Shown here one piece after another: positions 33,227-42,290 of a stretch of 64,000 nucleotides of DNA (position 1 is the first letter of the stretch; every line of letters starts with the position of its first letter). A program made the position numbers and the translations under genes. The notes below the pieces were generated by a model. That model saw nothing but the letters and a program-made list of their open reading frames with translations. It had not been told where the DNA came from and made no database searches. Source of the stretch: a virus (Duplodnaviria; Caudoviricetes); IMG/VR virus record IMGVR_UViG_3300025413_001239. One strand, given 5' to 3'.

Positions 33227-33451
33227 ATGAAATTAAAAGATGATATTATATCTAAAGAGGTTTTATTAGTTGAACAAGAAAATCAAAAAGAAATGTATAA
33301 AACTGCAACCAAAAAGGTTCAGTTTATTAATCAAATAAAAAATGGGTTGGGTGAGGAAATTAAAAATAACCCAAATCAAATAAAAATAATTGAGAAATCA
33401 TTTGGTGAAAAAGTTAAATTATTTTTTAAGAGAATTTTTACAAAATTTTAA
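33227..33451 (+). CDS. Hypothetical protein
   Basis: 74 aa after TATATTTG. Confidence 0.6.
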   Translation: MKLKDDIISKEVLLVEQENQKEMYKTATKKVQFINQIKNGLGEEIKNNPNQIKIIEKSFGEKVKLFFKRIFTKF

Positions 33452-33452
33452 A

Positions 33453-33680
33453 ATGACATACGATATACTAATAAATACAATTTCTGAAATTGTTAATAAC
33501 GATAATATAAATAAGGATGGGCTTATATTAACATATATGCTTCCAGATGATATTCATAAAAGTCTCAATAAAGAATTATTCTATAAAACAAGAGAGGTTG
33601 GGGTTAACTTTACACAACCAGATGAATATGAAGTTGAAATAGCTGGGATAATTATAAAGTTTTTTAAAAAAAGTTTATAA
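33453..33680 (+). CDS. Hypothetical protein
   Basis: Start re-called to MTYDIL, 2 nt after the previous stop. Confidence 0.55.
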   Translation: MTYDILINTISEIVNNDNINKDGLILTYMLPDDIHKSLNKELFYKTREVGVNFTQPDEYEVEIAGIIIKFFKKSL

Positions 33681-33750
33681 AAAAGTTGCAAAATCCAATT
33701 TAATGTCGTATATTTGTAATCTAAGAATAAAAAACAAAAAAAATACGATT

Positions 33751-34242
33751 ATGAGTACTTTATTAAAAGCTTTACAAACTAATGACACCATTACAACTAA
33801 TGGTATGGCAACTAACAGTTCGTCATTGAACCATTGTGTAAACCTATTCTTCCAAATAGGTGCGATGAGAGGTAAGGATAAACAAGTACTTATTAATACA
33901 TTCGTTAAAGCATACAACGAAGATGCATTAACCGCTATGAAGTTATTGTTCTGGTCTCGTGACATCCGTGGTGGTGCTGGAGAAAGACAAATCTTCAGAG
34001 ATGTTATCAAATACATGGCTGAAAAGCATACTGAATCCTTAGCTAAGAACCTTTCATTAATTCCAGAATACGGAAGATGGGATGACTTGTTACAATTAAT
34101 TGGTACAAAGCTTGAGAACCAAGCGTTGACCCTTATTAAGGGTGGTCTTGAAGCTGGTAAAAAAGCTAAGGATTTATTATCTATAATAGATTCATTATCG
34201 GATTCTGAATGTGCTAAATTAATTACTGACTTTTCGGTTTAA
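33751..34242 (+). CDS. DUF2828 TROVE/Ro60-like protein, N-terminal fragment
   Basis: TNGM.T.SSS, RDIRGGAGER..F, PEYGRWDDL; start re-called after the TATATTTG promoter. Confidence 0.8.
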   Translation: MSTLLKALQTNDTITTNGMATNSSSLNHCVNLFFQIGAMRGKDKQVLINTFVKAYNEDALTAMKLLFWSRDIRGGAGERQIFRDVIKYMAEKHTESLAKNLSLIPEYGRWDDLLQLIGTKLENQALTLIKGGLEAGKKAKDLLSIIDSLSDSECAKLITDFSV

Positions 34243-34948
34243 AATTATTGAAATTATTAGAATTTAATTGTGTTAAATAAGATTTTCTAGTAATTTCTGA
34301 ACGTTCTTTTAAAATGTTTGGGTTAATATTAGGGTTTAATTTACAATTATCCCCATGAAATCTTTTAAAATTTCCACCATCACATTGTTTATTACAATGT
34401 TCACATGTTAGTTTTGGTGTTAATTTTCTAGAATTACTGATAGATATTTTTCTTTCATCGGTACATGGACCAGTTGATTTACATTTTTTACCCTTATTAT
34501 GTGCAGGTTTACCCTTACGAATTAACGACAAAGCATTCGAGTATATATCAGAAATCCCAATAATCCAACCGTTAGGTATTGGTAGCTTAGGGTCATGATA
34601 AATTTGGGTATTAGTCATTGGATGGTTAATTAATATTAAACCTTCATTACCAAATAATGCTTTAGAAATTGTTTTATTTATAAATTTACCATTTCTATTA
34701 GCGTTTGTTCGTGTTAGAACAGAATGTTCATGGTTTATTGCGTCAATCTTATTATTAAATATTTTAGTTATTTTTATAATAAATGAATTTAAACCATATT
34801 CCTTTATAAGTTTATGGATATGTTTTGAGGATGTAAAGTATTTGTTCCATAAATCATTAGGGTTACAACCTTTGGCATATCTTACTCCGTAATAATATTG
34901 ACCAGTTGGTTTAAAAATAAGTTTGTAAGTATAAGGTATAGTTTCCAT
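34223..34948 (-). CDS. GIY-YIG-like homing endonuclease splitting the TROVE-like gene
   Basis: YTYKL..YYYGVR..YFTSS; NUMOD3-like HNKGK; C-terminal CEHC..GNFKRFHGDNCK. Confidence 0.75.
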   Translation of the reverse strand: METIPYTYKLIFKPTGQYYYGVRYAKGCNPNDLWNKYFTSSKHIHKLIKEYGLNSFIIKITKIFNNKIDAINHEHSVLTRTNANRNGKFINKTISKALFGNEGLILINHPMTNTQIYHDPKLPIPNGWIIGISDIYSNALSLIRKGKPAHNKGKKCKSTGPCTDERKISISNSRKLTPKLTCEHCNKQCDGGNFKRFHGDNCKLNPNINPNILKERSEITRKSYLTQLNSNNFNNFKPKSQ

Positions 34949-35020
34949 ATTTAAGTTTTAAGTGGATGCCGTAATTATCTATTAATAAATATAACAATAT
35001 TTAGTTAAAACTAAATAAAT

Positions 35021-36115
35021 ATGATAAATAAAGAAAAATTAAGAAAAATCTTACAAAAAAAAGTTTTAGACTCGTCTTTGCTCGCCAAATGGTTGCCACG
35101 TCCAAACATTGGCAACCGTGAAAGAAAAGCACAATCTCGTGTTGTTAGAAATTTCTTGGGGTTAACACCTAAAGAATACAGAAAGACACTTGTTGAATTA
35201 TCTAACACAGTTGAACAATTGATGTGTGCTAAGGAATGGTCTAAAATCGAGTACTCTAAGTTGCCATCAAAAGCAATGTCAGATTACATGAAGGCTTTCT
35301 CTAAGAATGACTTGGCTCGTTTCCAAGCTTATTTGACTTCACTTGAAAAGGGTGAAACTAAGATTAACGCTGCGGCTTTGTTCCCATACGATGTTACAAA
35401 GAACATGACACATGGTAATTCAAGAGGTGCTGATGCACAATGGAATGCGTTGCCAAACTACATGGAAAACAACAACGAAAGAGTGTTGCCAGTAGTTGAC
35501 GTATCAGGTTCAATGGGTGACCCAGCTGGTCAAAATGCGACTGTTACATGTCTTGATGTTGCGATATCTTTAGGCCTTTACATTTCCGAAAGAAATGCTG
35601 GTATATTTAAGGATGCATTCGTAACATTCTCCAACCACCCAACGTTGCAAATTCTTAATGGTACCTTATCAGAAAGGTATAACCAATTGGCTCGTGCTCA
35701 ATGGGATATGAATACTAACTTAGAAGCAGTATTTCAATTGATTTTGTCTAAAGCAAAAAAATCAAACGTTCCAGAAAACGAGATGCCAACAATGATAATG
35801 ATATTATCAGATATGCAATTCGATGTAGCTACTCGTTCTGGTTGGGGTAGTACAAGTACATGGAACCCTAATGCTCAACAAATGATTGAGAAGGAGTACG
35901 CAGATGCTGGTTATACAACTCCTAAGATTGTTTATTGGAATCTTAACAGTAGAAATACTGATACCCCAGTACATTTTGATAAGGTTGGTACGGCCTTGGT
36001 TTCAGGGTTCAGTGGTTCCTTATTAAAGAACTTATTGGGTGGTAAAGACCTTACACCATTAAGTATGATGTTTGAAGTAGTAAATAGCGAACGTTACGAA
36101 GCTATTAAAATATAA
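35021..36115 (+). CDS. DUF2828 TROVE/Ro60-like protein, C-terminal fragment with vWA domain
   Basis: LLAKWLPR, VEQLMC, KLPSKAM, MIDAS DVSGSM, SDMQFD, VYWNL, VSGFS. Confidence 0.85.
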   Translation: MINKEKLRKILQKKVLDSSLLAKWLPRPNIGNRERKAQSRVVRNFLGLTPKEYRKTLVELSNTVEQLMCAKEWSKIEYSKLPSKAMSDYMKAFSKNDLARFQAYLTSLEKGETKINAAALFPYDVTKNMTHGNSRGADAQWNALPNYMENNNERVLPVVDVSGSMGDPAGQNATVTCLDVAISLGLYISERNAGIFKDAFVTFSNHPTLQILNGTLSERYNQLARAQWDMNTNLEAVFQLILSKAKKSNVPENEMPTMIMILSDMQFDVATRSGWGSTSTWNPNAQQMIEKEYADAGYTTPKIVYWNLNSRNTDTPVHFDKVGTALVSGFSGSLLKNLLGGKDLTPLSMMFEVVNSERYEAIKI

Positions 36116-36127
36116 TTGCTTATATAT

Positions 36128-36270
36128 AAAGATGTTTCCAGCAACTTAAAAATCTTAAACTGTTAAAAAAGGAAACGTGGGCGTTTTAGTATTGTTTCAA
36201 CCCTTTAAAATTTTTTTTATTTGAAACAACCTTCCGAACTGAGTTAGAAGTAAAATGCTCCTACATCTTG
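36128..36270 (+). ncRNA. Structured ncRNA element A (Y-RNA-like candidate)
   Basis: AAGATGT/ACATCTT outer stem, TCCAGCAA motif, inner GGGCGTTTTA/TAAAATGCTC and TTGTTTCAA/TTGAAACAA stems; directly after the TROVE gene. Confidence 0.6.
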
Positions 36271-36281
36271 TTATAAGCTAT

Positions 36282-36313
36282 AAAAAAGAATCATAGTAAT
36301 ATGGTTCTTTTTT
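36282..36313 (+). terminator. Intrinsic terminator
   Basis: AAAGAATCATA-GTAA-TATGGTTCTTT plus T run. Confidence 0.7.
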
Positions 36314-36367
36314 AATTTATACTATTTACACTTTAAAATAAAAGTAGTATTTTTAATCAAAACATAT

Positions 36368-36556
36368 ATGATGACAGTTGTAGTTAAACCAATTGATGAA
36401 TACAAGAGTAAGAAATTTAAAGGTAAAGTACTAAGTGAATATATAGTTTATCAAATGATAAATGGTATGCCAATAAAAGCTGATACAGCATTAGGTGATA
36501 ACGCTAGAGATATTCTAATCGCTAAATACTTAAAAGAAAATAAAAATAAAAAATAA
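36368..36556 (+). CDS. Hypothetical protein
   Basis: 62 aa, coupled to next ORF. Confidence 0.55.
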   Translation: MMTVVVKPIDEYKSKKFKGKVLSEYIVYQMINGMPIKADTALGDNARDILIAKYLKENKNKK

Positions 36557-36756
36557 TGAAAACACTTAAGAATTTAAAAAAAGGCACGTTTGTTAGAGTA
36601 TCAGACGTTGAAGCCGAATCAAGAGTTAAGCTAAAATCTGAATGGGCTTACGCACCAAAAAGCGAATGGAAAAAATCCGATAATCAACCTGAAGAAACAA
36701 CAGAAACTGTGCAAACGGTTGAATCTTCAACTAAAAAAACTAAAAAGAAAAAGTAA
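36556..36756 (+). CDS. Hypothetical basic protein
   Basis: 66 aa. Confidence 0.55.
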   Translation: MKTLKNLKKGTFVRVSDVEAESRVKLKSEWAYAPKSEWKKSDNQPEETTETVQTVESSTKKTKKKK

Positions 36757-36758
36757 AA

Positions 36759-37091
36759 ATGGAAACAACAGAAAAATCGTACCCACTAGTGTTAGTGTTT
36801 TACGTTGATAGAGAAACAATGAAAAACTATGAATTAATGAAAGAATTTTCAGAATCGGTCAATTATATGATTGAAGCTAAAAATTTTAAAGTAATGGCAT
36901 TCTTTTTACCAACAGATGGTGAAGAAAGAATTGAATGTATCAATCCTTTAGTTGCACCAAAAGAACAAATGGATAAAGTCGATAAATTAATAACCGATAT
37001 TTCTAAGAATTTTGGTATTGGTGATGAAATAAATTTTGAAGAAATTCAATCAGGAGATGAACCAGAAAATACAAAACAAGAAAATCTATAA
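36759..37091 (+). CDS. Hypothetical protein
   Basis: 110 aa. Confidence 0.6.
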   Translation: METTEKSYPLVLVFYVDRETMKNYELMKEFSESVNYMIEAKNFKVMAFFLPTDGEERIECINPLVAPKEQMDKVDKLITDISKNFGIGDEINFEEIQSGDEPENTKQENL

Positions 37092-37269
37092 TATAGATTT
37101 AAATTTAAAACATTTATCAGCGGAAGAGCAAAAAGGAAAAATTGATGAACTTATAGATAACCTAAAAAATAGATTTGAAAAGATTGATAGTTCTAGATAT
37201 AATGCATTAACTGGCTCATCCATAAATGAGGATGTATTCTTTCCAAAAAGAGATATACCAAATAAGTAG
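37036..37269 (+). CDS. Hypothetical protein
   Basis: 77 aa, overlaps previous ORF. Confidence 0.45.
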   Translation: MKKFNQEMNQKIQNKKIYNIDLNLKHLSAEEQKGKIDELIDNLKNRFEKIDSSRYNALTGSSINEDVFFPKRDIPNK

Positions 37270-37329
37270 TTTTACATCTTCAATCGAATAAACTCTTCCT
37301 TCGATTGAGGTACTGGCCCATACAATTGT

Positions 37330-37545
37330 ATGGACCATCTGGAGGATATTAAAAATATGACAAATCAAGAAAAAGCGGTTTTATATGACCAACTAATCCG
37401 TGAAAGCGATGCATTACAACGTGAGAATTCAAAATTAAAATCTGAGTATGTAACTAACATACCGCCAGAGGTTCAACAAAAAATTGATAAAAACAATAAA
37501 AGAATATCTATTCTAGTTGGTCAATTTGAAAATTTATTACGCTAA
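37330..37545 (+). CDS. Hypothetical coiled-coil protein
   Basis: 71 aa. Confidence 0.55.
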   Translation: MDHLEDIKNMTNQEKAVLYDQLIRESDALQRENSKLKSEYVTNIPPEVQQKIDKNNKRISILVGQFENLLR

Positions 37546-38237
37546 GGTCTAGTACTGGTTTTCCAAATCTTTCGATATGGCCAACCAGTTTTTTTATGTA
37601 TGAGTTCATACATCAGAGATGCTGTAGCTGGGCTTGCCGTACCCATAAACATAAGACTCTTTATTTTTTGTTTATGTGATATTTTAGCGAGTGTATGGTG
37701 AAGCCTTTGCGCATCTTTAATATTCTTACAAATCACCATATCAAATTGTTCTTCATTATGAATCAACAGTTTATTATGTACAACAATTATTTGTTTAACC
37801 ATGTTCTTTTTAAACGCATTTGTAAATAGTTTTTTTACGACAGCTTCAATTGTTGGTCTTTTAGCCTTAGGATTGTTCCCATATATCCAAAATTCTTCCT
37901 CAACTTGATAGTCTTCAGATGCTAAAATTGTCCAATCACCAAGTGGTTTTTCCGTGTAAGTTCTACCAAAATTATCCCTAACAGTCCTAAATACATCATC
38001 AGGTTCTGTTGGCTTAGTTACACATATTCTAAAATTAACTGGCACAATTTTTTCAGTGTTTATGTATTTCTTTGGAAATTTAACTGATTGATTCTTATCA
38101 ATTAAATTATGATAATGCTTAAAACAAGTTTCTTTTTTTCCACTTCTATGAAGTGTTTTTTTATACTCACCGTTACTTAATAACACAACTCTATAAACCA
38201 TTTTTTGTTTTTTAAACAAAATAGCGTATATTTGCAA
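37542..38237 (-). CDS. Hypothetical protein
   Basis: 231-aa minus-strand ORF filling the gap; true start probably internal (MVYRVV). Confidence 0.6.
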   Translation of the reverse strand: MQIYAILFKKQKMVYRVVLLSNGEYKKTLHRSGKKETCFKHYHNLIDKNQSVKFPKKYINTEKIVPVNFRICVTKPTEPDDVFRTVRDNFGRTYTEKPLGDWTILASEDYQVEEEFWIYGNNPKAKRPTIEAVVKKLFTNAFKKNMVKQIIVVHNKLLIHNEEQFDMVICKNIKDAQRLHHTLAKISHKQKIKSLMFMGTASPATASLMYELIHKKTGWPYRKIWKTSTRP

Positions 38238-38253
38238 AAAATAAATAGGTACT

Positions 38254-39264
38254 ATGTCGAAAAGAGATTATTATGAAATTTTAGGACTTACAAAAACAGC
38301 AACAGCTGATGAAATTAAAAAGTCTTATAGAAAATTAGCTATGACACATCACCCAGATAAAGGTGGTGATGCTGAAGCCTTTAAAGAAATTACCGAAGCA
38401 TACGAAGTTTTATCTGACGATGAAAAGAAACAAAAGTATGATAGGTACGGTCACGCTGGTCCACAACAAGCCTATGACCCAATGACTGACTTTATGCGAA
38501 AAACTGGTTTCGGTTTTGGTGGTAAACAACAAAATAAAGGTCAAAATATGAACTTAACAGTTAAATTGACCCTTGAAGAAATATTTAATGGAACAACCAA
38601 AAAGTTTAAATACACAAAAAAAACTGATTGTAAACCTTGCTCTAATAAAGGTGGGTTAGGTGTTAAACCTTGTAGCCATTGTAATGGTGCTGGGGTTGTG
38701 ATGGAAGTCTTTAGAACACCATTCGGTGAAATAAGAAACGCATCACCATGTTCTGTTTGTCAAGGTGAAGGAAACACCTATGAAACAACATGTATTACAT
38801 GTGGTGGTAACGGTACAATAAACGGTGACGAACATATTGATGTAAATATTCCAATGGGTGTTGCTGAAGGAATGTCATTTGTAATGCAAGGAAAGGGTCA
38901 TTCCGTTAAGAATGGTGTGGCTGGTGATTTAATCATAACAATCGTTGAATCCAAACATGATAAGTTCTTTAGAGTTGGTAATGATTTAAAAATTAAACTA
39001 TCATTAGACTACTATCAATTAGTTCTAGGTGATAAAGTTGAGATTCCAACAATTGATGGTGGTAAAATAAGAGCCACAATTAATCCATATACTAAGGTTA
39101 ATGAAATACTTAGAGTACCAACTAAAGGTATGAGACAACTAAATAGCAATAATAGAGGTGATATGCTTATTGAAATTGATTTAAATATCGATGATAAGAT
39201 TAGCACTGAGGAATTGGATATTATCAAACAATTAAAAAATATTAAAGAAAAAGTTGTTAGTTAA
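38254..39264 (+). CDS. dnaJ: DnaJ chaperone
   Basis: DYYEILG J domain, HPD, four CxxCxGxG-type repeats. Confidence 0.95.
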   Translation: MSKRDYYEILGLTKTATADEIKKSYRKLAMTHHPDKGGDAEAFKEITEAYEVLSDDEKKQKYDRYGHAGPQQAYDPMTDFMRKTGFGFGGKQQNKGQNMNLTVKLTLEEIFNGTTKKFKYTKKTDCKPCSNKGGLGVKPCSHCNGAGVVMEVFRTPFGEIRNASPCSVCQGEGNTYETTCITCGGNGTINGDEHIDVNIPMGVAEGMSFVMQGKGHSVKNGVAGDLIITIVESKHDKFFRVGNDLKIKLSLDYYQLVLGDKVEIPTIDGGKIRATINPYTKVNEILRVPTKGMRQLNSNNRGDMLIEIDLNIDDKISTEELDIIKQLKNIKEKVVS

Positions 39265-39306
39265 TAATTTTTTTTGTATATTTGCAGAAATTAAATTAAA
39301 AATAAT

Positions 39307-39735
39307 ATGGCAAAATTTGAAGAAGTGTTTGAGGACACAAGAGCGTTATTTACCGATTTTATTGCTAAGATTGATTCATTAAATGAAGTTAATGTAAACA
39401 TCCTAGCGGTGAACAAACTAAAAGAAATTGGTAAGATTAGTAAAACTAACGACTTACTTAAGTATGAAACTGATTACGATGTTTACATCTTTTTGAACGA
39501 AAGAGTATTTGAACAATTGGATGAAGAACAAAAGTTGATGGTTGTTGAAGAATTGATAGCACAAATTTACTTTGATGCTGAGAAGGGTAAAGTAACCCTC
39601 ATTAAACCAGACTTTACCACCTTTAGTCTTTTACTACAAAAGTATGGTTCTGAGAAGTGCTTGAATCTAAAGAACCTTATAAAGGAAATCTTTGGTAGCG
39701 ATGCTCAAACTGATGCTGAAAATAACGTTGAATAA
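39307..39735 (+). CDS. Putative phage metallopeptidase-fold protein
   Basis: D..IFLNE.VF..LDEEQ...VVEELI...KPD; HE..H not intact. Confidence 0.4.
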   Translation: MAKFEEVFEDTRALFTDFIAKIDSLNEVNVNILAVNKLKEIGKISKTNDLLKYETDYDVYIFLNERVFEQLDEEQKLMVVEELIAQIYFDAEKGKVTLIKPDFTTFSLLLQKYGSEKCLNLKNLIKEIFGSDAQTDAENNVE

Positions 39736-39986
39736 TGACACGAGAAGAAATACAAGAAATAAACCCAGATGCATTACTTTGTGATGGGTTTGACGAAGCG
39801 ATAATCGGTATGGCTGAGCGACCTAATCTTGGCCCTATCGTAGCTTACTCGGTTGAAAAGATGCTAGACATTATGATAGCACGTGACGGTATGACATACG
39901 AAGAAGCTCTTGAGTACTTCGATTATAATATCGCTGGTGCTTGGTTAGGTGATAATACACCAATTTACATTAAAACTGAATTTTAA
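39735..39986 (+). CDS. Hypothetical protein
   Basis: DGFDEAIIG, EEALEYFDYNI.GAWLG..TP. Confidence 0.65.
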   Translation: MTREEIQEINPDALLCDGFDEAIIGMAERPNLGPIVAYSVEKMLDIMIARDGMTYEEALEYFDYNIAGAWLGDNTPIYIKTEF

Positions 39987-39989
39987 AAA

Positions 39990-40685
39990 ATGATAACACA
40001 AGATTTTAACGAATACGCAAAGAAACACTTTGGCGTATCAGATACCCAATTACGTGATTGGGAAGTTTTACAAAGTAAAATTTATGGTGGTGCAACAGCA
40101 TCATTAACCCCTTACGTTCTTGAGGAAAGAGAACTTAGGGTAACACAGATTGATATTTTTTCCAGAATGATGATGGACAGAATCCTCTGGTTAGCTGGCC
40201 CCGTAAATGACAGAATGTCAACAATCGTTCAAGCACAACTTATGTTCTTGGATAACTTGGAAGTAAAAGACATTATATTGCATGTAGACTCACCAGGTGG
40301 TTCGGTTAAGTCAGGTCTTTCAATTGTTGATGTTATGAATTACGTTTCATCTGAGATAGTAACAATTAACACTGGTATGGCCGCTAGTATGGGTAGTATC
40401 CTTTTAGGTGCTGGTACAAAGGGTAAACGTTATACATTACCATCCAGTCGTGTAATGCTTCACCAAGTGTCATCTGGAGCTGAGGGTACGTTAGCCGATA
40501 TTAAAATATCTATTGCTGAGGCTGAAAAATATAATAATAAGTTATTTGGGATGCTTGGCGAATATACCAACAAGACACCAGAACAAGTTATGAGTGATGC
40601 TAGTCGTGATTTTTGGATGGATAGCAATGAGTCAGTTGAATATGGGATAGTTGATGCGGTAATAACATCTAAAAAAAGAAAATAG
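39990..40685 (+). CDS. clpP: ATP-dependent Clp protease proteolytic subunit
   Basis: SPGGSV, GMAASMG (Ser), MLHQ (His), RDFWM (Asp). Confidence 0.95.
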   Translation: MITQDFNEYAKKHFGVSDTQLRDWEVLQSKIYGGATASLTPYVLEERELRVTQIDIFSRMMMDRILWLAGPVNDRMSTIVQAQLMFLDNLEVKDIILHVDSPGGSVKSGLSIVDVMNYVSSEIVTINTGMAASMGSILLGAGTKGKRYTLPSSRVMLHQVSSGAEGTLADIKISIAEAEKYNNKLFGMLGEYTNKTPEQVMSDASRDFWMDSNESVEYGIVDAVITSKKRK

Positions 40686-40691
40686 TTATTT

Positions 40692-40724
40692 AAATAAGGT
40701 TAGTAATAGTTACTAACCTTATTT
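40692..40724 (+). terminator. Hairpin/terminator after clpP
   Basis: AAATAAGGTTAGTAA-TAG-TTACTAACCTTATTT perfect inverted repeat. Confidence 0.65.
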
Positions 40725-40833
40725 TAAAAAATCAACATAACTAAAATTTTCATAAAAACGTTCTGGTTTTTTTGCACTATAATTTGGATTTTACTTAAAA
40801 GTCTAATATTTATTTATAAGTTCTTTAAAATAT

Positions 40834-41183
40834 GGGGATACAATGTATTGATTAGGTATAGTCGTACAGTGTAAGCATGTAGTGCTAGATGGAAGCACTT
40901 AAATCTCGCTATTAAAACAAGAAAAGACAACGATTTAATCGTATCTGAAAATTTCCTTGATGAGGCTGTTTACAGCTTCGGTGGAGAGTTAGCTGTAGCC
41001 TAAAACAGCAATAGTGGTAATCCACTTGATGATGGTAAATCCATTAAATAGTGTTAGAACACTGGTGAGACCAAATTCACCTTAAAAAGTAAGGAAAGAT
41101 TCGCTGGGTTATAAAACCTAGATAAACATGTAGAAAGCTCTAGAAGAATACTTAAGACACGGACTCATTCTCCGTTATCTCCA
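40834..41183 (+). ncRNA. ssrA: tmRNA
   Basis: GGGGATA/TATCTCC acceptor with G3-U wobble and A discriminator, T-arm ACGGA/TCCGT, internal ORF ending ELAVA*. Confidence 0.85.
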
Positions 41184-41305
41184 CTCTCATCAAGATTCCA
41201 CCTAACTCACCTAGGGATTGGAACTAATAACCCCTCGCAAGTCGCTTTGTTGGGGGTTTAACTTATTAAAATAAAAAAGGGCCTTTAAAAGCCCTTTTAA
41301 TTTTT

Positions 41306-41452
41306 TTAATTACCTTGTTGTACTGTTGGAACTGTTACGTTTACTTGTGCTGTTGGTTGGTTAACAATAGTGGTTGTTGTAGTTGTTGTAGTTGCTACAT
41401 CTTTTTTACCACCTTTACATCCACATCCGAAGAGTTTTTGTTCTAATTTCAT
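41306..41452 (-). CDS. 48-aa small protein MKLEQKLFGCGCKGGKK-T-rich
   Basis: Below ORF-track cut-off; own TATTTAT motif upstream on the minus strand and terminator-like hairpin downstream. Confidence 0.6.
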   Translation of the reverse strand: MKLEQKLFGCGCKGGKKDVATTTTTTTTIVNQPTAQVNVTVPTVQQGN

Positions 41453-41537
41453 AGTTCTTAATTTTTTAAATTTGTTATTTATCTATAAATAGATTTACTT
41501 TAAAAATAAATCGATAATATTTTAATAAATATACATA

Positions 41538-41747
41538 ATGTTTTATAAAAGGAAATACTCAGTAACAATACTTGATGAAAAATGGTCCCAAATGCAGGAT
41601 TCATTAAAGCTCTTTGTAATACCTAGGATAGATGAAATGGTCTATATGGAGAATCATAAGAAGTACTTTAAGGTTATAAATGTGATTCATTATCTAAATA
41701 ATAAACAAGGAATTTTTATCATAGTTAAACCCTTTGAAAATAAATAA
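41538..41747 (+). CDS. Hypothetical protein
   Basis: 69 aa. Confidence 0.55.
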   Translation: MFYKRKYSVTILDEKWSQMQDSLKLFVIPRIDEMVYMENHKKYFKVINVIHYLNNKQGIFIIVKPFENK

Positions 41748-41760
41748 AAAATATTTTTAA

Positions 41761-41800
41761 AAAAACTTGACAAATTAAAAAACTTTTCGTATATTTGCAT
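41761..41800 (+). promoter_or_regulatory. Repeated strong promoter cassette of the RNA operons
   Basis: AAAAACTTGACAA(A)TT(A/C)AAAAACTTTTCGTATATTTGCA near-identical at 41761, 43268 and 62401. Confidence 0.75.
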
Positions 41801-41842
41801 ATAATTATTAAAGTAGTTCTTATACATAAAAATATTTCTAGA

Positions 41843-42015
41843 AAAATGGTTACGGCAACGTAAAAAAAAAATTCTACTATTGAAGGGGCTTGGCCACTCC
41901 CACGTCACCATTTATGGTGGATAAAAGCTGAAAAGTAAGTGGCACCTGTTATGATGGCAGTTTAAATCTAATCCTTGTAGTGGTAGCAAGCCAAAATAAC
42001 ACAAAAACCATTTTG
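41843..42015 (+). ncRNA. Structured ncRNA element B
   Basis: AAAATGGTT/AACCATTTT outer stem, TACGGCAA motif, inner stems CTACTA..AAGG/CCTT..TGGTAG, GCCACT/AGTGGC, CACCAT/ATGGTG. Confidence 0.6.
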
Positions 42016-42027
42016 AGAAACTTATTA

Positions 42028-42089
42028 AAGAATCAGTTCAGCAAATTAAACAATTTTTTTATCTGAAACAAAAAAACAAAATGATTCTG
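42028..42089 (+). ncRNA. Structured ncRNA element C
   Basis: AGAATCA/TGATTCT stem, TTCAGCAA motif, T7-ATCTGAAAC-A7 hairpin. Confidence 0.65.
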
Positions 42090-42094
42090 AAATT

Positions 42095-42168
42095 TACGTC
42101 ATTGGTGTAATGAGCACGTGCCCCCACATGGGGGGGGTTTAGACCAGTATCAAATCTGGATGACGTAC
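42095..42168 (+). tRNA. Degenerate tRNA-like gene (anticodon unassignable)
   Basis: TACGTCA/TGACGTA acceptor, D- and T-arm-like hairpins, C5/G8 anticodon arm not canonical. Confidence 0.5.
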
Positions 42169-42169
42169 T

Positions 42170-42206
42170 TGCGAGGTGGAGCAGTAGTAGCTCGCTAGGC
42201 CCGTAA
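42170..42206 (+). pseudogene. 5' half of an initiator-type tRNA-Met
   Basis: TGCGAGGTGGAGCAGTAGTAGCTCG resembles the fMet 5' half; no T-arm follows. Confidence 0.6.
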
Positions 42207-42213
42207 AATACAT

Positions 42214-42285
42214 TGCGCTGTAGAGAAGTAGTATCTCGCAAGCCTCATAAGCTTGAAATCATTGGTGCAAATCCAATCGGCGCAT
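42214..42285 (+). tRNA. tRNA-Met (CAT)
   Basis: Full cloverleaf; CAAGC-CTCATAA-GCTTG; T-loop TGCAAAT. Confidence 0.85.
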
Positions 42286-42290
42286 CATAT

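Noticed and set aside
41766-41772. TTGACA as evidence for a Proteobacteria/Firmicutes host
   Set aside because: It occurs only in the three cassette copies, with no TATAAT at 17 nt; the pervasive motif is the Bacteroidota TAnnTTTG.
41843-42015. SAM-I riboswitch (GGCAAC match) in element B
   Set aside because: The AUC/GAU P1 elements and kink-turn are absent, and no downstream metabolic gene is present.
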